Source: Truepera sp. (lineage in GTDB: Bacteria; Deinococcota; Deinococci; Deinococcales; Trueperaceae). From it: a stretch of 64,000 nt of DNA. How positions within the stretch are numbered: the stretch's first letter is position 1; every line of letters starts with the position of its first letter. Shown here piece after piece: positions 28,569 to 38,652 of the stretch. A program made the position numbers and the translations under genes. The stretch covers positions 1,568,001 to 1,632,000 of the forward strand of contig CBDCKW010000009.1 of NCBI GenBank assembly GCA_965218435.1. The letters are read 5' to 3'. The notes under the pieces were generated by a model that was given only the letters and a program-made list of their open reading frames with translations, searched no databases and was not told where the DNA came from.

Positions 28569-29653
28569 TGTCGTCTATCACTTTTGTTGAGACGCGGCCC
28601 CTTCAACTGGCCCTTAAGAGTGCGCTCCGCTGGGGCAAGTCCAGCGAACTCACCAAGTTGGAGCACGTCCTCGTGTCGGTCTTTGACGACGCGGGCAACG
28701 TCGGCACGGCTGAAGCGCCGGTACGCCCGACGATTTACGGCGAGACTATAGCGAGTATTCAGGCGGTAATTCAAGGGCACCTGGCCCCGAGTCTGGTCGG
28801 CTTAAAGACAACTGACAGGGCCGCGCAGCAGGCAGTTTTAGCGCGTATCCCCAACAATCACTGCGCCAAAGGTGCGCTCGACACGGCGCTCTGCGAACTG
28901 CGGGCGAAAGCTGCGGGCCAGACCTTGTTCGAGGCGGAACGGGGCGAACGGGAGCACGTTGAAGTCAGCTTTATCCTCGGCATGGCTGAATTAGCCACGG
29001 TGCTCGCCGAAGCTGAAGAGGTGTTTGCACAGGGCGTCCGCGTCTTTAAGGTCAAGGTGGGCCGGAGCGCGGCGCACGATGCGGAAGTTTTAGGGGCGCT
29101 CCGGCACACCTTTGCGGGCGCGGGCGTGACGCTCTACGCCGACGCGAACGAAAGTATGAACCCGGACACGGCGGCGCACGACTTGGTAAGGCTTGACAAG
29201 CTCGGCGTCGCCTATGTTGAGGAACCTTTATCCGTTCATCTCCTTAAGAAAAGAGCCGCGCTAAAACAAGCCGAGATTCTGCCGATTATCGCCGACGACT
29301 CGAGCTTTACTCTCCCCGATTTGGAACGCGAATTGGACTTCGACACCTTCGATATTTTGAACCTCAAAACAGCGCGTACCGGTTTTACGGTCTCAGGGCA
29401 GATGTTAAGGTTGGCCCGGAACGCCGGTAAAGGCGTGATGGTCGGGTCGCAGGCGTCGGCCGGACTCGGGACGCTGCACGCCGCGATTTTTAGCAGCAAG
29501 GCGGGCGTGACGCACCCGTGTGAGCTGAGTTTTCCGCTCAACTTAGAAGCTGACATTCTGGACGCGCCGCTGAGGGTTGAGGGCGGGATGCTCGAGGTCA
29601 AAACACTGGCGGCGCGGAGGCTTTCACGCGCTGTTTGGGACCCGCAAAGGTGA
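28559..29653 (+). CDS. enolase superfamily enzyme (muconate cycloisomerase/dipeptide epimerase subgroup)
   Basis: FKVKVG, YADANES, VEEP, ADDS and NLK motifs. Confidence 0.88.
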   Translation: MALVSSITFVETRPLQLALKSALRWGKSSELTKLEHVLVSVFDDAGNVGTAEAPVRPTIYGETIASIQAVIQGHLAPSLVGLKTTDRAAQQAVLARIPNNHCAKGALDTALCELRAKAAGQTLFEAERGEREHVEVSFILGMAELATVLAEAEEVFAQGVRVFKVKVGRSAAHDAEVLGALRHTFAGAGVTLYADANESMNPDTAAHDLVRLDKLGVAYVEEPLSVHLLKKRAALKQAEILPIIADDSSFTLPDLERELDFDTFDILNLKTARTGFTVSGQMLRLARNAGKGVMVGSQASAGLGTLHAAIFSSKAGVTHPCELSFPLNLEADILDAPLRVEGGMLEVKTLAARRLSRAVWDPQR

Positions 29654-29699
29654 GCAGCTGCTACGGCGCTCAGCGCGCCGCCTCGGTAAGGTAATTAGC

Positions 29700-29917
29700 A
29701 TGAACCGCGCAGATAACGAGACCCCATAGTCATAGCGTTCGGCCTCCTAATTGCCCTTTGCACCGCTGTGGTCTGTGTGCTCGCCGTCCTGCTCAACCCC
29801 GGCCTCGGCGTTTTGCTGGTGGTAGTCAGTGTGCTTGCCGGTATTTACGCCTTTAGAAGCGTACTGGGGAGAGCGGCGAGGGCGCGGCGTAAACGTACAA
29901 ACAGCAAAAAAAGCTGA
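29700..29917 (+). pseudogene. small two-TM membrane protein with a 1-nt frameshift
   Basis: ATG 29700 reads MNRADNETP*; adding one C to CCCC (29722-29725) joins it to hydrophobic VIAFGLLIALC...KRTNSKKS*. Confidence 0.5.
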
Positions 29918-29930
29918 GTTTGGGGCTGCT

Positions 29931-30152
29931 TTAGCGGTCGTGCAGCTGAAACACCAAGTTCCCTAAAGACCGCGCTTCTTCTTCCCTTGCTTTGGACACG
30001 GTGTCGGAGCGTTCGCGCCACCTGAGGTGACGCTCATAAGTCACGCCGTAAACCTCTTGTAGCGCAGCATTAACACCCTCTTGAACCGAGTTTGGGTCGA
30101 GTTGAGGGTGCTCGCGTATCACGCGGGCGGCAATCGCGGTAAGTCTCTTCAT
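29931..30152 (-). CDS. hypothetical protein (73 aa)
   Basis: ATG preceded by AAAGGGA; plausible helical composition. Confidence 0.5.
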   Translation of the reverse strand: MKRLTAIAARVIREHPQLDPNSVQEGVNAALQEVYGVTYERHLRWRERSDTVSKAREEEARSLGNLVFQLHDR

Positions 30153-30731
30153 CTGGTCCCTTTCTTAGAAGTCTAGCTTAAGCAAAAGAACCGGCCCGGG
30201 CATCGGGCTTTTGCCGTAGTCCGGTTTAGCCCTCCGGGTCTAGTACTCCTGCGGTGGTTGTCGTAGCCACTGACGTTTACTGAGCGTAGCTGCTGAGCGC
30301 AAAGCTTGCAGGTCTTAGCTGGCAGGAGTTCACTCGAGCTGTACGTTACTGCTGGGCTGCCGAAAGATGACCGTTTTACTCGCTCACAGCTCACAAGGGA
30401 TGCTGTCTACAGCTGGGCAGGTCTTAGGGGCTCGAGCATCCCTTTAGAACATAATCCCAGGCGGCTTCTTTTGTGCATAAACCTCAGTTCTGGACGCTAG
30501 AACACTTCGCCGGAACATCATTTGCGGTACCAATGCGGTACCAACGCCTTTTTCGCAGTTCAAGCGACTTGGTGAGCGCACACACTTTTTGTGTATAGGC
30601 GGTGGCATGATAGGTTGATGCAAGAGGGTGGCAGCGTGTGGTGCGGAGCAAAGCCTCATTAAGACCCGCTAAGTCTGCACCGTGCAGTCTGCCAAGGCTT
30701 CTGCTGCAGTGTCTCGTGAAAGGAACAGATT

Positions 30732-31529
30732 ATGGCAAACAACGTTATCGGCCTATTTGAAAACAAGGACATCGCCGACCAGGTGGCTCAAGAACTTAAA
30801 GACAACGGCTTTAAGGAGCGGAATATCAACCGCTTTGAGGGCGACCAGAGCGACATCGAAAACGAACTCGCGCGTGAAGGTGTTGCCAACACCGACGCCG
30901 ACTACTACGCCGACGGTCTCCGGCAAGGCGGTGCGCTCGTTTCGGTACGGGTTGAAGACAACCACGTTGACGAAGCGGTCGAAATTATGAACCGTTACGC
31001 TAGCAGCAGTGACGGCGACTATGACAGCAGTTACGATAGCAGTGCCGACGCTACCGGTCTTACAGACGCGGACGCTGTCGCTGCAGCTGATACCGGCATA
31101 ATGGGAACGGACACAGCGGCTACCGGTACGGCGCGCGCCGACACCGTAAATACCGAAGGCGAACAGCGTTTAGACGTAGTTGAAGAGCGCATTAATATCG
31201 GCAAGCGCGAAGTGCAGCGCGGTGGGACGAGAGTACGCCGCGTCGTTACTGAACGCCCGGTCGAAGAGCAGGTCACCCTCCGCGATGAGACCATTCGCGT
31301 TGACCGCCGCCCGGTCGACCGCACGGTCGCTAGTGCCGACGGTGACGCCTTTTCTGAGCAGACCTTCGAATTTACTGAAACCGACGAAGAGGCGGTCGTC
31401 GCCAAAGAAGCGCACGTCGTCGAAGAAGTTGTCATCGGCAAAGATGTTGAAGAGCGTACCGAAACCGTCCGTGATACGGTGCGCCGCGCCGATATCGAGA
31501 TCGAAGAAACCGATCCTGACCGGAGCTAA
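30732..31529 (+). CDS. YsnF/AvaK (DUF2382) stress protein
   Basis: VEERINIGKREV...TERPVEEQVTLRDE and TETVRDTVRR repeats; AAGGA RBS. Confidence 0.9.
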   Translation: MANNVIGLFENKDIADQVAQELKDNGFKERNINRFEGDQSDIENELAREGVANTDADYYADGLRQGGALVSVRVEDNHVDEAVEIMNRYASSSDGDYDSSYDSSADATGLTDADAVAAADTGIMGTDTAATGTARADTVNTEGEQRLDVVEERINIGKREVQRGGTRVRRVVTERPVEEQVTLRDETIRVDRRPVDRTVASADGDAFSEQTFEFTETDEEAVVAKEAHVVEEVVIGKDVEERTETVRDTVRRADIEIEETDPDRS

Positions 31530-31576
31530 GTAGACGACGCCGAGCTAAAGCTCAGCTGTCCACAAAATAACGGTAG

Positions 31577-31610
31577 GCTGCTCCTAGACATGCTCTAGGA
31601 GCAGCTTTTT
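31577..31610 (+). terminator. Rho-independent terminator
   Basis: GCTGCTCCTAGA-catgc-TCTAGGAGCAGC followed by TTTTT. Confidence 0.85.
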
Positions 31611-31661
31611 AGGGAGAGACGACTAACTTATAGAAAAAGCTAGGAAAAACTAAAGGAGAAC

Positions 31662-32336
31662 ATGGTGAGTCAAACAGCTGTGGTCGTCGTTGATATAGAA
31701 GGCTTAACTTTTAGTGCCCAGCTCGAGCCCGCACCACCTAACACGGTAACCGGAGCAGGCGAAGCGCAAACGCTTTTACGCTTAACTGATGGGACGCAGT
31801 TTCTTGTTCCTACCGAGTTGCTGGCTAGAAGGCCCGATGGTCGCTACGACCTTCGGTTAAGGTTACGCGAATATGCAACCCAAACAGACCCGGACTCGGA
31901 TATGGACTCAGAAGACGTAGAACCGGAAGCCGGTGCGTTACCGGTTCAAACAGCCGAAGCGGGCGACACTGTTATCCCGGTCGTTGAAGAGAGATTAACG
32001 GTCGGCAAACGTACCGTACAAAATCGGGTTCAGCTTCATAAATACGTCACCGAACGTACCGAAACGGCTGACGTGCCCCTCTTCCAAGAACGCGTAGAGA
32101 TCGAGCGAATCAAGCAGAACCGTCCGGTAGATGAGGCTGCACCGGTACGCTTTGATGGCGACACGATGATCGTACCGCTCTATGAAGAGGTATTAGTCGT
32201 AACCAAGCAGTTGAGGCTTGTTGAAGAGGTGCGGATTACCACAGAACGCACCGAGCGTCACGACCCGCAGGAGGTGACGCTCAGGCGCGAAGAGGTTGAG
32301 GTCACGCGCACTGACGGCGAGTTGGGTAGCGAGTAG
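31662..32336 (+). CDS. YsnF/AvaK (DUF2382) protein
   Basis: IPVVEERLTVGKR, PLYEEVLVV and VTLRREEV motifs; AAGGAG RBS. Confidence 0.88.
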   Translation: MVSQTAVVVVDIEGLTFSAQLEPAPPNTVTGAGEAQTLLRLTDGTQFLVPTELLARRPDGRYDLRLRLREYATQTDPDSDMDSEDVEPEAGALPVQTAEAGDTVIPVVEERLTVGKRTVQNRVQLHKYVTERTETADVPLFQERVEIERIKQNRPVDEAAPVRFDGDTMIVPLYEEVLVVTKQLRLVEEVRITTERTERHDPQEVTLRREEVEVTRTDGELGSE

Positions 32337-32347
32337 CAGTTATCAAG

Positions 32348-33658
32348 TTACTTTGAGCGCCCTGAAGAACCGCGCTTAGATGAGGCCCCACCTCTGCGGG
32401 TATTACGGTCTTGTGCGTTACGGTTCGGCTTGCCCTGCTTAGGCGCACCTTGTTTGCTGCCCGGTTGCCCGCTGCCCTGCTGTCGATCAGTAGAGGGCGC
32501 TGAAGCTGCCGCCTCGTCATAGCTAAAGCTGTCTAAAGTGACGCGCTCGAGCCTCCCCAAAGCCTGCTCAATCGTGCGCACAGCCTTGTCGTCGTCAGCG
32601 GTGACAAACGTGAGGGCTTCGCCGCTCCGCTCCGCGCGTCCGGTACGGCCCAAACGGTGCGTATACGCCTCAGCGGTCATCGGCACGTCGTAGTTGATCA
32701 CGTGCGATACACCCGACACATCGATGCCGCGCGCGGCGATGTCGGTCGCCACCAAAATGTGAACGTTACCGGAGCGAAAATCGTCTAACGCGCGTTGCCG
32801 TTTGTTTTGCGACAGATTGCCCTGCAGCGAGGTCGCAAAAAAGTTGTCACGGTCGAGCTGTTCGGCAAGTCGTTTGGCACCGTGTTTGGTCCGGGTAAAA
32901 ACCAGCGCCGAACGCGTATCGGTACGCCGCAACAGGTGTTTAAGCAGGTCGGTTTTTTGCTGCCTGGCAACCGGATAAAGGGCGTGCGAGACTGTTTCGG
33001 CAGGCGCGGCGCGGCCGATTTCAACAGTGATGGGGTCTTGCAACAACCCTTCAGCGAGCACCCGCAGGTCGCGCGGCATCGTGGCCGAAAAGAGCATCTT
33101 TTGCGCACCCTGCGGTACACGCTTAACGAGCGCACGAATTGCAGGCAAAAAGCCCATGTCAAACATCTGGTCAGCTTCGTCCAACACGAGAATTTCTAAG
33201 TTGGCGAGCGTGCCGGTGCCGCGCTCGAGGTGATCCAAGAGCCGCCCCGGACACGCGACGATAATCTCAGCGCCGCCGCGCAAAGCTTGCGCCTGGGGGT
33301 TCATGCCGACGCCGCCGTAAACAGTCGCGGAGCGCAACTTCGTTCCCTGGGCGAGCGTTTTGATGTCGGTGTGAATCTGCTCGGCGAGTTCACGGGTCGG
33401 CGCGACGATCAGCGCCCGTACCCGGCCGCGCGGTCCGCCGATCAGCCGGTTTAGGAGCGGCAAGACAAACGCCGCCGTTTTCCCCGTGCCTGTTTGCGCT
33501 AAACCGAGAATATCCCGGCCTGATAATGCCGCAGGAACCGCTTGCGCTTGAATCGGTGTAGGTTTTTGGTAGCCTGCAGCTTTGACGCCTGCAAAAACGC
33601 GGGGGTCGAGCCCGAAGCTCTCGAATTTGGGAGTTATTTGTGTCACTGTTTCTGTCAT
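32348..33658 (-). CDS. DEAD-box RNA helicase (RhlE-like)
   Basis: AQTGTGKT, PTRELA, LDEAD, SAT and HRLGRTGR motifs. Confidence 0.96.
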   Translation of the reverse strand: MTETVTQITPKFESFGLDPRVFAGVKAAGYQKPTPIQAQAVPAALSGRDILGLAQTGTGKTAAFVLPLLNRLIGGPRGRVRALIVAPTRELAEQIHTDIKTLAQGTKLRSATVYGGVGMNPQAQALRGGAEIIVACPGRLLDHLERGTGTLANLEILVLDEADQMFDMGFLPAIRALVKRVPQGAQKMLFSATMPRDLRVLAEGLLQDPITVEIGRAAPAETVSHALYPVARQQKTDLLKHLLRRTDTRSALVFTRTKHGAKRLAEQLDRDNFFATSLQGNLSQNKRQRALDDFRSGNVHILVATDIAARGIDVSGVSHVINYDVPMTAEAYTHRLGRTGRAERSGEALTFVTADDDKAVRTIEQALGRLERVTLDSFSYDEAAASAPSTDRQQGSGQPGSKQGAPKQGKPNRNAQDRNTRRGGASSKRGSSGRSK

Positions 33659-33951
33659 AGGTGCCTTTCAGCTAACTCTCAGCCAAGTCGCACGCTTTGA
33701 CTTTGTAAAGAAAGCAAGGCTCTGAGTTTACACTTGATTCAGTCAGATAGTAGTATTCAGCCAGGAGCAAAAATGCAATCAATTGACCAGAGCACACTTC
33801 AACTTTTCGGAACTGTGGCAATTATTGTAGTTACCGAACGCGAGTCCCGCATATCTTATCTCCAAGAGTACGTACTAGGTTATGGTTTTTAGACTCAAAA
33901 CGCTGCTTTACATAACTTTGTACTGTCAAACCAGGCGAACTCAGCATGAAG

Positions 33952-34986
33952 CTATTCTAACTGCTGGCGCGAACCAGCAAAAGCTTCATAGCGTCTTTTC
34001 AAGTAATAGGCGGCACCCTTCTGAATACCTTTTTCTCCCATATGGAAACGTAATGAGGCAAGGCCATCCCGATAACTGAGTAAGCGCCGTTCTGTACGGC
34101 TGAGTTCACGCTGTTTTGTAGCTCCTTCATCTGGGTAGCCATATTTTGCTAAATAAGGCAGGGTGATCTCACTAATACTCCTAACCGTTTTAGGTGAAAG
34201 CCGATCACGGTACTTGGCATGTTGCTTAGTTACAGTTTTTAGCTGACGTCCTTTGCGTTCCCTTTCTGCAGGGTTTTTCAGCAGATGCATTTCAGGCATA
34301 TACTCAAGGTGTAAAAAAGTGTATATACGCTTCAGCTCGTCTTCTGGACTACTTGTAAGGTCTTCATAGCGAACCGTTAGAGCATCGGAGGTAACGTCTA
34401 AACTAGCCTCTGTGGCTGCGCGTGCTACACTAGCCCAGAGCTGCGCAGAACGTAGTGGGTGACGTCCCCATACGTCAGCTGCTGACAGTGCTTGGTCTCT
34501 AGGATCACGAACTAAAAAAATGAAACGAACTTGAGGAAAGATGGTACGCAGAAGGTCCGCACTGCTTATGTAACCATGAGATTTGTCACCGTAGATGCGT
34601 GCTTGTGGGTTTGGTCCATAATTGCGTATCATCACCTCAAAGATGTCTGCCCAGGTCAAGCTTTTATAAGAGGCAAGCGTGTCCATAAAGACTGGTTTAG
34701 TAGGAAACGTTATGCCTCTCTGTGCTAAACCACTATAAAATACTGAGCGACTAAAAGTACTATAAATTTTTTCCTGAAGTTGGGGTTGTGAAAGGTCAGC
34801 CGCTAAGCCAAAATGGTTGATAAAGCGAGGAACAAAGTTGCCCTCGCCACCTAGAGAGACATCATGGTGATTGTTAAGGAGTGCGCGCAGCAACTTGGTA
34901 CCGCTTCTAGGTGCTCCGACGATAAATACGGGAGAAGGGATTGGAGCTGATATTTCTTTTACCTGACTCGTCATGAAATTTATCAT
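33952..34986 (-). CDS. PAPS-dependent sulfotransferase family protein
   Basis: 5'-PSB VGAPRSGT, 3'-PB LVRDPRD and VRYEDL motifs; lower GC than flanks. Confidence 0.88.
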   Translation of the reverse strand: MINFMTSQVKEISAPIPSPVFIVGAPRSGTKLLRALLNNHHDVSLGGEGNFVPRFINHFGLAADLSQPQLQEKIYSTFSRSVFYSGLAQRGITFPTKPVFMDTLASYKSLTWADIFEVMIRNYGPNPQARIYGDKSHGYISSADLLRTIFPQVRFIFLVRDPRDQALSAADVWGRHPLRSAQLWASVARAATEASLDVTSDALTVRYEDLTSSPEDELKRIYTFLHLEYMPEMHLLKNPAERERKGRQLKTVTKQHAKYRDRLSPKTVRSISEITLPYLAKYGYPDEGATKQRELSRTERRLLSYRDGLASLRFHMGEKGIQKGAAYYLKRRYEAFAGSRQQLE

Positions 34987-35199
34987 AATAGAAATCTCTC
35001 CTGGGAACACGTGTTTTAATACAACGATCTTGAACAGCACTAAGGGACGCTCGAGGCGACATCCTCGGAAAAATATCTACGGTACAAACCACTATGGCTT
35101 TTTCCTATCCACAACATCGTTACCGTGCTGCACAACTCGAGCGGTTGTCGTTTTGCTCTTTAGCCCTATACCCAATCTATAGGCTCGAGCCCTTTTAGG

Positions 35200-36060
35200 A
35201 TGGCGCTCCTCGGTGCCCACGTCTCAGCAGCAGGCGGCGTAGCTAACGCGTTCGCCAACGCCGCCGCGATAGATTGCGACGCGCTCCAAATTTTCGTCAA
35301 AAATGCCAATCGTTGGGCGGCTAAACCGCTGACTGAAGCAGGACGTTCAAAGTATAAAGCAGCCCAGGCCGAACATGGGAACCCCCCGGTGATCGCGCAC
35401 GCCTCGTACCTTATAAATTTATCTGCTACGAACCCGGAAACGCTTGCCAAGTCCAGGGCCGCTCTTAAAGATGAACTCGGGCGCTGTCATGACCTCAGCG
35501 TCAAGGGGTTGGTGGTGCATCCGGGCGCACATCTAGGTGAAGGCGTTGAGGCGGGCGTAGCGGCAGTCGCCCACTCGCTCGATTTAGTGTTTGCCGAGTT
35601 GGATCAAGAAAACTTTGATCATTCGGTTCCGGTCCTGTTAGAAAACACTGCCGGTCAGGGAACGACGCTTGGTAGTGAATTAGAGGAACTAGGTCAAATC
35701 ATCGCGCAGTGCAAGTTTTCAGTACGGCTTGGAGTGTGTTTGGATACTTGTCACGCATTCGCCGCAGGCTACCCGGTGCAAACAAAAAACGGCCTCACCG
35801 AGTTTTTGGACGAGGCGACAGCTCAGTTCAGTTTAGAACGCATCGGCTGTTTCCACCTCAACGATTCACAGTATCCGCTCGGTTCACAGCGCGACCGGCA
35901 CGCTAACCTAGGCGAAGGTGAAATCGGACTGGGGACGTTCGTCCAACTTGCCACCGACCCCCGCTTTACTGACGTGCCGATGTTGCTCGAGACCCCTGTC
36001 GGCGACGACGGCGAGGGGCACGCCCGCGATTTAGCAAGGCTACGCGCGGCGCTCGTGTGA
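35200..36060 (+). CDS. nfo: endonuclease IV
   Basis: GAHVS, HASYLINL, ENTAGQG, DTCH, HLNDS and DRHA motifs. Confidence 0.95.
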   Translation: MALLGAHVSAAGGVANAFANAAAIDCDALQIFVKNANRWAAKPLTEAGRSKYKAAQAEHGNPPVIAHASYLINLSATNPETLAKSRAALKDELGRCHDLSVKGLVVHPGAHLGEGVEAGVAAVAHSLDLVFAELDQENFDHSVPVLLENTAGQGTTLGSELEELGQIIAQCKFSVRLGVCLDTCHAFAAGYPVQTKNGLTEFLDEATAQFSLERIGCFHLNDSQYPLGSQRDRHANLGEGEIGLGTFVQLATDPRFTDVPMLLETPVGDDGEGHARDLARLRAALV

Positions 36061-36449
36061 GGGGGCTACTTATCGCTCTGGCTTTAGGGACGGCAGCTTA
36101 TCTTCTAACCAGGGGAGTTATCGTCGGGCTGCTTGTCGGTGCTGCAGGGCTCTGGCTTTTTCGGCAAGTGGGGCCGCCACCGAGGTACAGACGAACCGAA
36201 TACAGTGCGCCTGGCCGTAATTTAGACTCACCTAGACATAACGGAGAACACAACACAAGAGAGGGTGAGGGTATCGCCGTCATCTGTAAGCAGGTAACGG
36301 CGGAACGTCAGGAATGGGTCTCGGTCAAAACCGGACGCCTCTTCGATGTGCTCAGCCCGGACGGGCCACCAGGCGCAAGGCCCGGTGACTCCGGTGAGGT
36401 TTTTATTCAGGGAACGCGGTACTTGGTAAAAACACCCGTTAAACCCTAA
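36057..36449 (+). CDS. hypothetical membrane protein
   Basis: N-terminal TM hairpin; GTGA overlap with the nfo stop. Confidence 0.7.
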   Translation: MRGLLIALALGTAAYLLTRGVIVGLLVGAAGLWLFRQVGPPPRYRRTEYSAPGRNLDSPRHNGEHNTREGEGIAVICKQVTAERQEWVSVKTGRLFDVLSPDGPPGARPGDSGEVFIQGTRYLVKTPVKP

Positions 36450-36455
36450 GCGGTC

Positions 36456-36566
36456 CTACTCGTCGGGATCGCTGTCGTCACGGGGCAAGAGTGCGCCCAA
36501 CAGGGGCACAAAACCGAAAAAGCAGATTACGGCGATGATCACGAACAAGGTTTGAATATTTTCCAT
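36456..36566 (-). CDS. small single-pass membrane protein (36 aa)
   Basis: MENIQTLFVIIAVICFFGFVPLLGALLPRDDSDPDE*; AGAGG RBS; below the ORF-track size cutoff. Confidence 0.6.
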   Translation of the reverse strand: MENIQTLFVIIAVICFFGFVPLLGALLPRDDSDPDE

Positions 36567-36628
36567 TTCAGCCTCTTTCTGAGAGCCGTTTTAAGGACCG
36601 CTCTCATATCGTCTTATTCTACCGCGCT

Positions 36629-36952
36629 TTAGGGGAGGTGAAAGATAGGCTCAAGTTCACTTATCATCTCGTCGGCGGTCGCACCTTCCGGCAACCGGAA
36701 AAACGGAACCATCAACGCCTGCCAGCGGGCGTTAACCTCACTGTCGGCCATCTTTTCCTGCGCGTCGGCGAGTGAGACGGGCGTCTCGAAATAACCGAAC
36801 AAGAGCCCGTCCGGGCGAATAAAAAGCGAATAGTTATGCCAGCCTGCGGCGCTAAGCGCAGTCTGCAGCTCGGGCCACACCTCGCGGTGGTGCTGTTTAT
36901 ACATCTCAACTTTTTCCGGGTGAACTTGAAGGGTAAAACCGATACGGGTCAT
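36629..36952 (-). CDS. rhaM: L-rhamnose mutarotase family protein
   Basis: YKQHHREVWPE, GWHNYSLF and VNARWQ motifs; leaderless TATGCT-N7-ATG. Confidence 0.85.
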   Translation of the reverse strand: MTRIGFTLQVHPEKVEMYKQHHREVWPELQTALSAAGWHNYSLFIRPDGLLFGYFETPVSLADAQEKMADSEVNARWQALMVPFFRLPEGATADEMISELEPIFHLP

Positions 36953-36984
36953 AAGGCTAAGCATAACGCTGAATGTATAGCGCC

Positions 36985-37014
36985 AAAAACCCCGCAGGTC
37001 CCCACCTGCGGGGT
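36985..37014 (-). terminator. Rho-independent terminator
   Basis: 11-bp stem ACCCCGCAGGT/ACCTGCGGGGT with a T tract on the minus strand. Confidence 0.8.
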
Positions 37015-37218
37015 AAAGCGGCGCAACCGGCCAAGGTATGTCCGCACCTCTAGTATAGAGCCGAGCAGAATTTTTTTGGGTTATCGCGCACAGGCTTGGG
37101 TTTGGGGCTGAAGCAGCTTGTCGGCAAAAGTTGGGTCGGCAACCTCGAGTGCGCCCACTCCAGCTTTCAGACCACAGAAAAAGGGGAATGACTTATACGA
37201 GAACGAATGGAATGTATG

Positions 37219-37257
37219 AAACAAGGGGTTACAACCCCTTGTTTGCAACCCCTTGTT
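37219..37257. repeat. REP-like palindrome with a duplicated arm
   Basis: AAACAAGGGGTT-ac-AACCCCTTGTTT followed by a second CAACCCCTTGTT. Confidence 0.6.
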
Positions 37258-37380
37258 GATAGAGGCTAGAAACCCGTATTGCATCGTCCAAATCATCAGA
37301 TTTTCAACCGCCATCAAAAAAGTTCTGTTCGCTGCGACGCCGAACAGAACCAACGCTAAAGATGAACAAACCACTTAGGT

Positions 37381-38637
37381 CTAGTTGACAGTTTTCGTCC
37401 GTTTCGACTGAAAATCTTGCAAGACGTAACGGCCAATCGTGTGTGGCGTCGTAAAGTACGCTTTGCCCTGCGTCATCGCTGAAACGCGCTGTACAAAGGC
37501 GATGAGTTCGGGGTCGCGGGCCAACATAAAGGTGTTGATTTGAATTCCTGACCGGCGGCAGTTGCCGACCTCACGGAGCGTTTCGCCTAACACCATCGGG
37601 TCGAGGCCATAGGCGTTTTTGTAGACGCGGCCGTTCGGCAGCGTAATCGCCGAGGGTTTCCCGTCGGTAATCATCACAATTTGCTTCATGTCTTTATTTT
37701 GCCGTTTAAGCATCTTTTGCGCGAGCCGTAGACCTTCAGCCGTGTTGGTGTGGTACGGCCCGACCTGGGCTTGGGCGAGTTTCGCTAGCGGCAGCTCTTC
37801 GGCAGAGTTGTGAAACAGCGCAAATTGGATCGTATCGCCACGGTACTGGGTTTGAATCAGGTGAGCGAGGGCCAAGGCTACTTGTTTGGCGGGCGTAAAC
37901 CGGTCTTCACCGTAAAGAATCATCGAGTGCGAACAGTCGAGCAAGACGACGGTCGCCGCCGACGAATTGTATTCGGTCTGAACGACCTCGAGGTCGCCGT
38001 ATTGCAAGTCAAAACTGCCGTCATCGTTCAGCCCGTGCTTCGCAGCGTTTTTGAACGTTTGCGCCACGTCCATGTTGATGGTGTCGCCGAACTCGTAAGG
38101 CTTCGACTCCGCCGACGATTCGACGCCGGTCGTTTGAAACTTCGTTTCGTGTGCGCCGACCGATGAACGGCCCGCACCGCCGAGCACGTCTTTGAGCGTT
38201 CGGTAGCCCAAAAAGTCAATGGCTTTATTCGTTAGCTCGAACTTAGCCTGACTCGGGTCGCGGTCGGGGCCTTGACCGCCCTGACCGGGGTTATTCGGGT
38301 CGCGCTCTTCGCTGTCGCCGTCACTCGGTTTGAGGTAACCCTCGCGCTCGAGCCGCTGCGCAAGTTCTTTGACGGCCTCGCCGAGCTGCGAATCCATCCA
38401 GTTCTCGGCGTTCATCGCCCCTTCGATCATCTCGTCACTGACCAACTCGTTGTTGATCAAAGCCTCGGCGATGGCGTCGTAAAGGTCTTGCATCGACTGC
38501 TGATAGTTGGGGTCGGGGTCCCAAGGGTTACGCTGATAGCCCGACTCCATCAGCCGGTCTTGGAGCATCTTCATCAGCTCGCTCATGTCGAGGTCGTCTA
38601 GGGTCGCTTCGTATTTGCTGTAACGGGTGGTCGGCAT
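37381..38637 (-). CDS. VWA domain protein
   Basis: MIDAS motif [12 protein letters not shown] and MITDG. Confidence 0.92.
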   Translation of the reverse strand: MPTTRYSKYEATLDDLDMSELMKMLQDRLMESGYQRNPWDPDPNYQQSMQDLYDAIAEALINNELVSDEMIEGAMNAENWMDSQLGEAVKELAQRLEREGYLKPSDGDSEERDPNNPGQGGQGPDRDPSQAKFELTNKAIDFLGYRTLKDVLGGAGRSSVGAHETKFQTTGVESSAESKPYEFGDTINMDVAQTFKNAAKHGLNDDGSFDLQYGDLEVVQTEYNSSAATVVLLDCSHSMILYGEDRFTPAKQVALALAHLIQTQYRGDTIQFALFHNSAEELPLAKLAQAQVGPYHTNTAEGLRLAQKMLKRQNKDMKQIVMITDGKPSAITLPNGRVYKNAYGLDPMVLGETLREVGNCRRSGIQINTFMLARDPELIAFVQRVSAMTQGKAYFTTPHTIGRYVLQDFQSKRTKTVN

Positions 38638-38652
38638 GACTACCCCCTCTCG

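Noticed and set aside
30173..30700. Riboswitch or ORFs in the intergenic region before ysnF
   Set aside because: A hairpin (~30189-30227) and a GCGGTACCAA direct repeat (~30524-30544) are present, but they match no riboswitch consensus I know and the ORFs look non-coding.
30732..32336. Repeat array or CRISPR
   Set aside because: The repetition is at the protein level (DUF2382). No regularly spaced nucleotide repeats or cas genes were seen anywhere in the window.
37081..37374. 97-aa ORF
   Set aside because: No RBS or recognisable motif, and it spans a palindrome; likely spurious.
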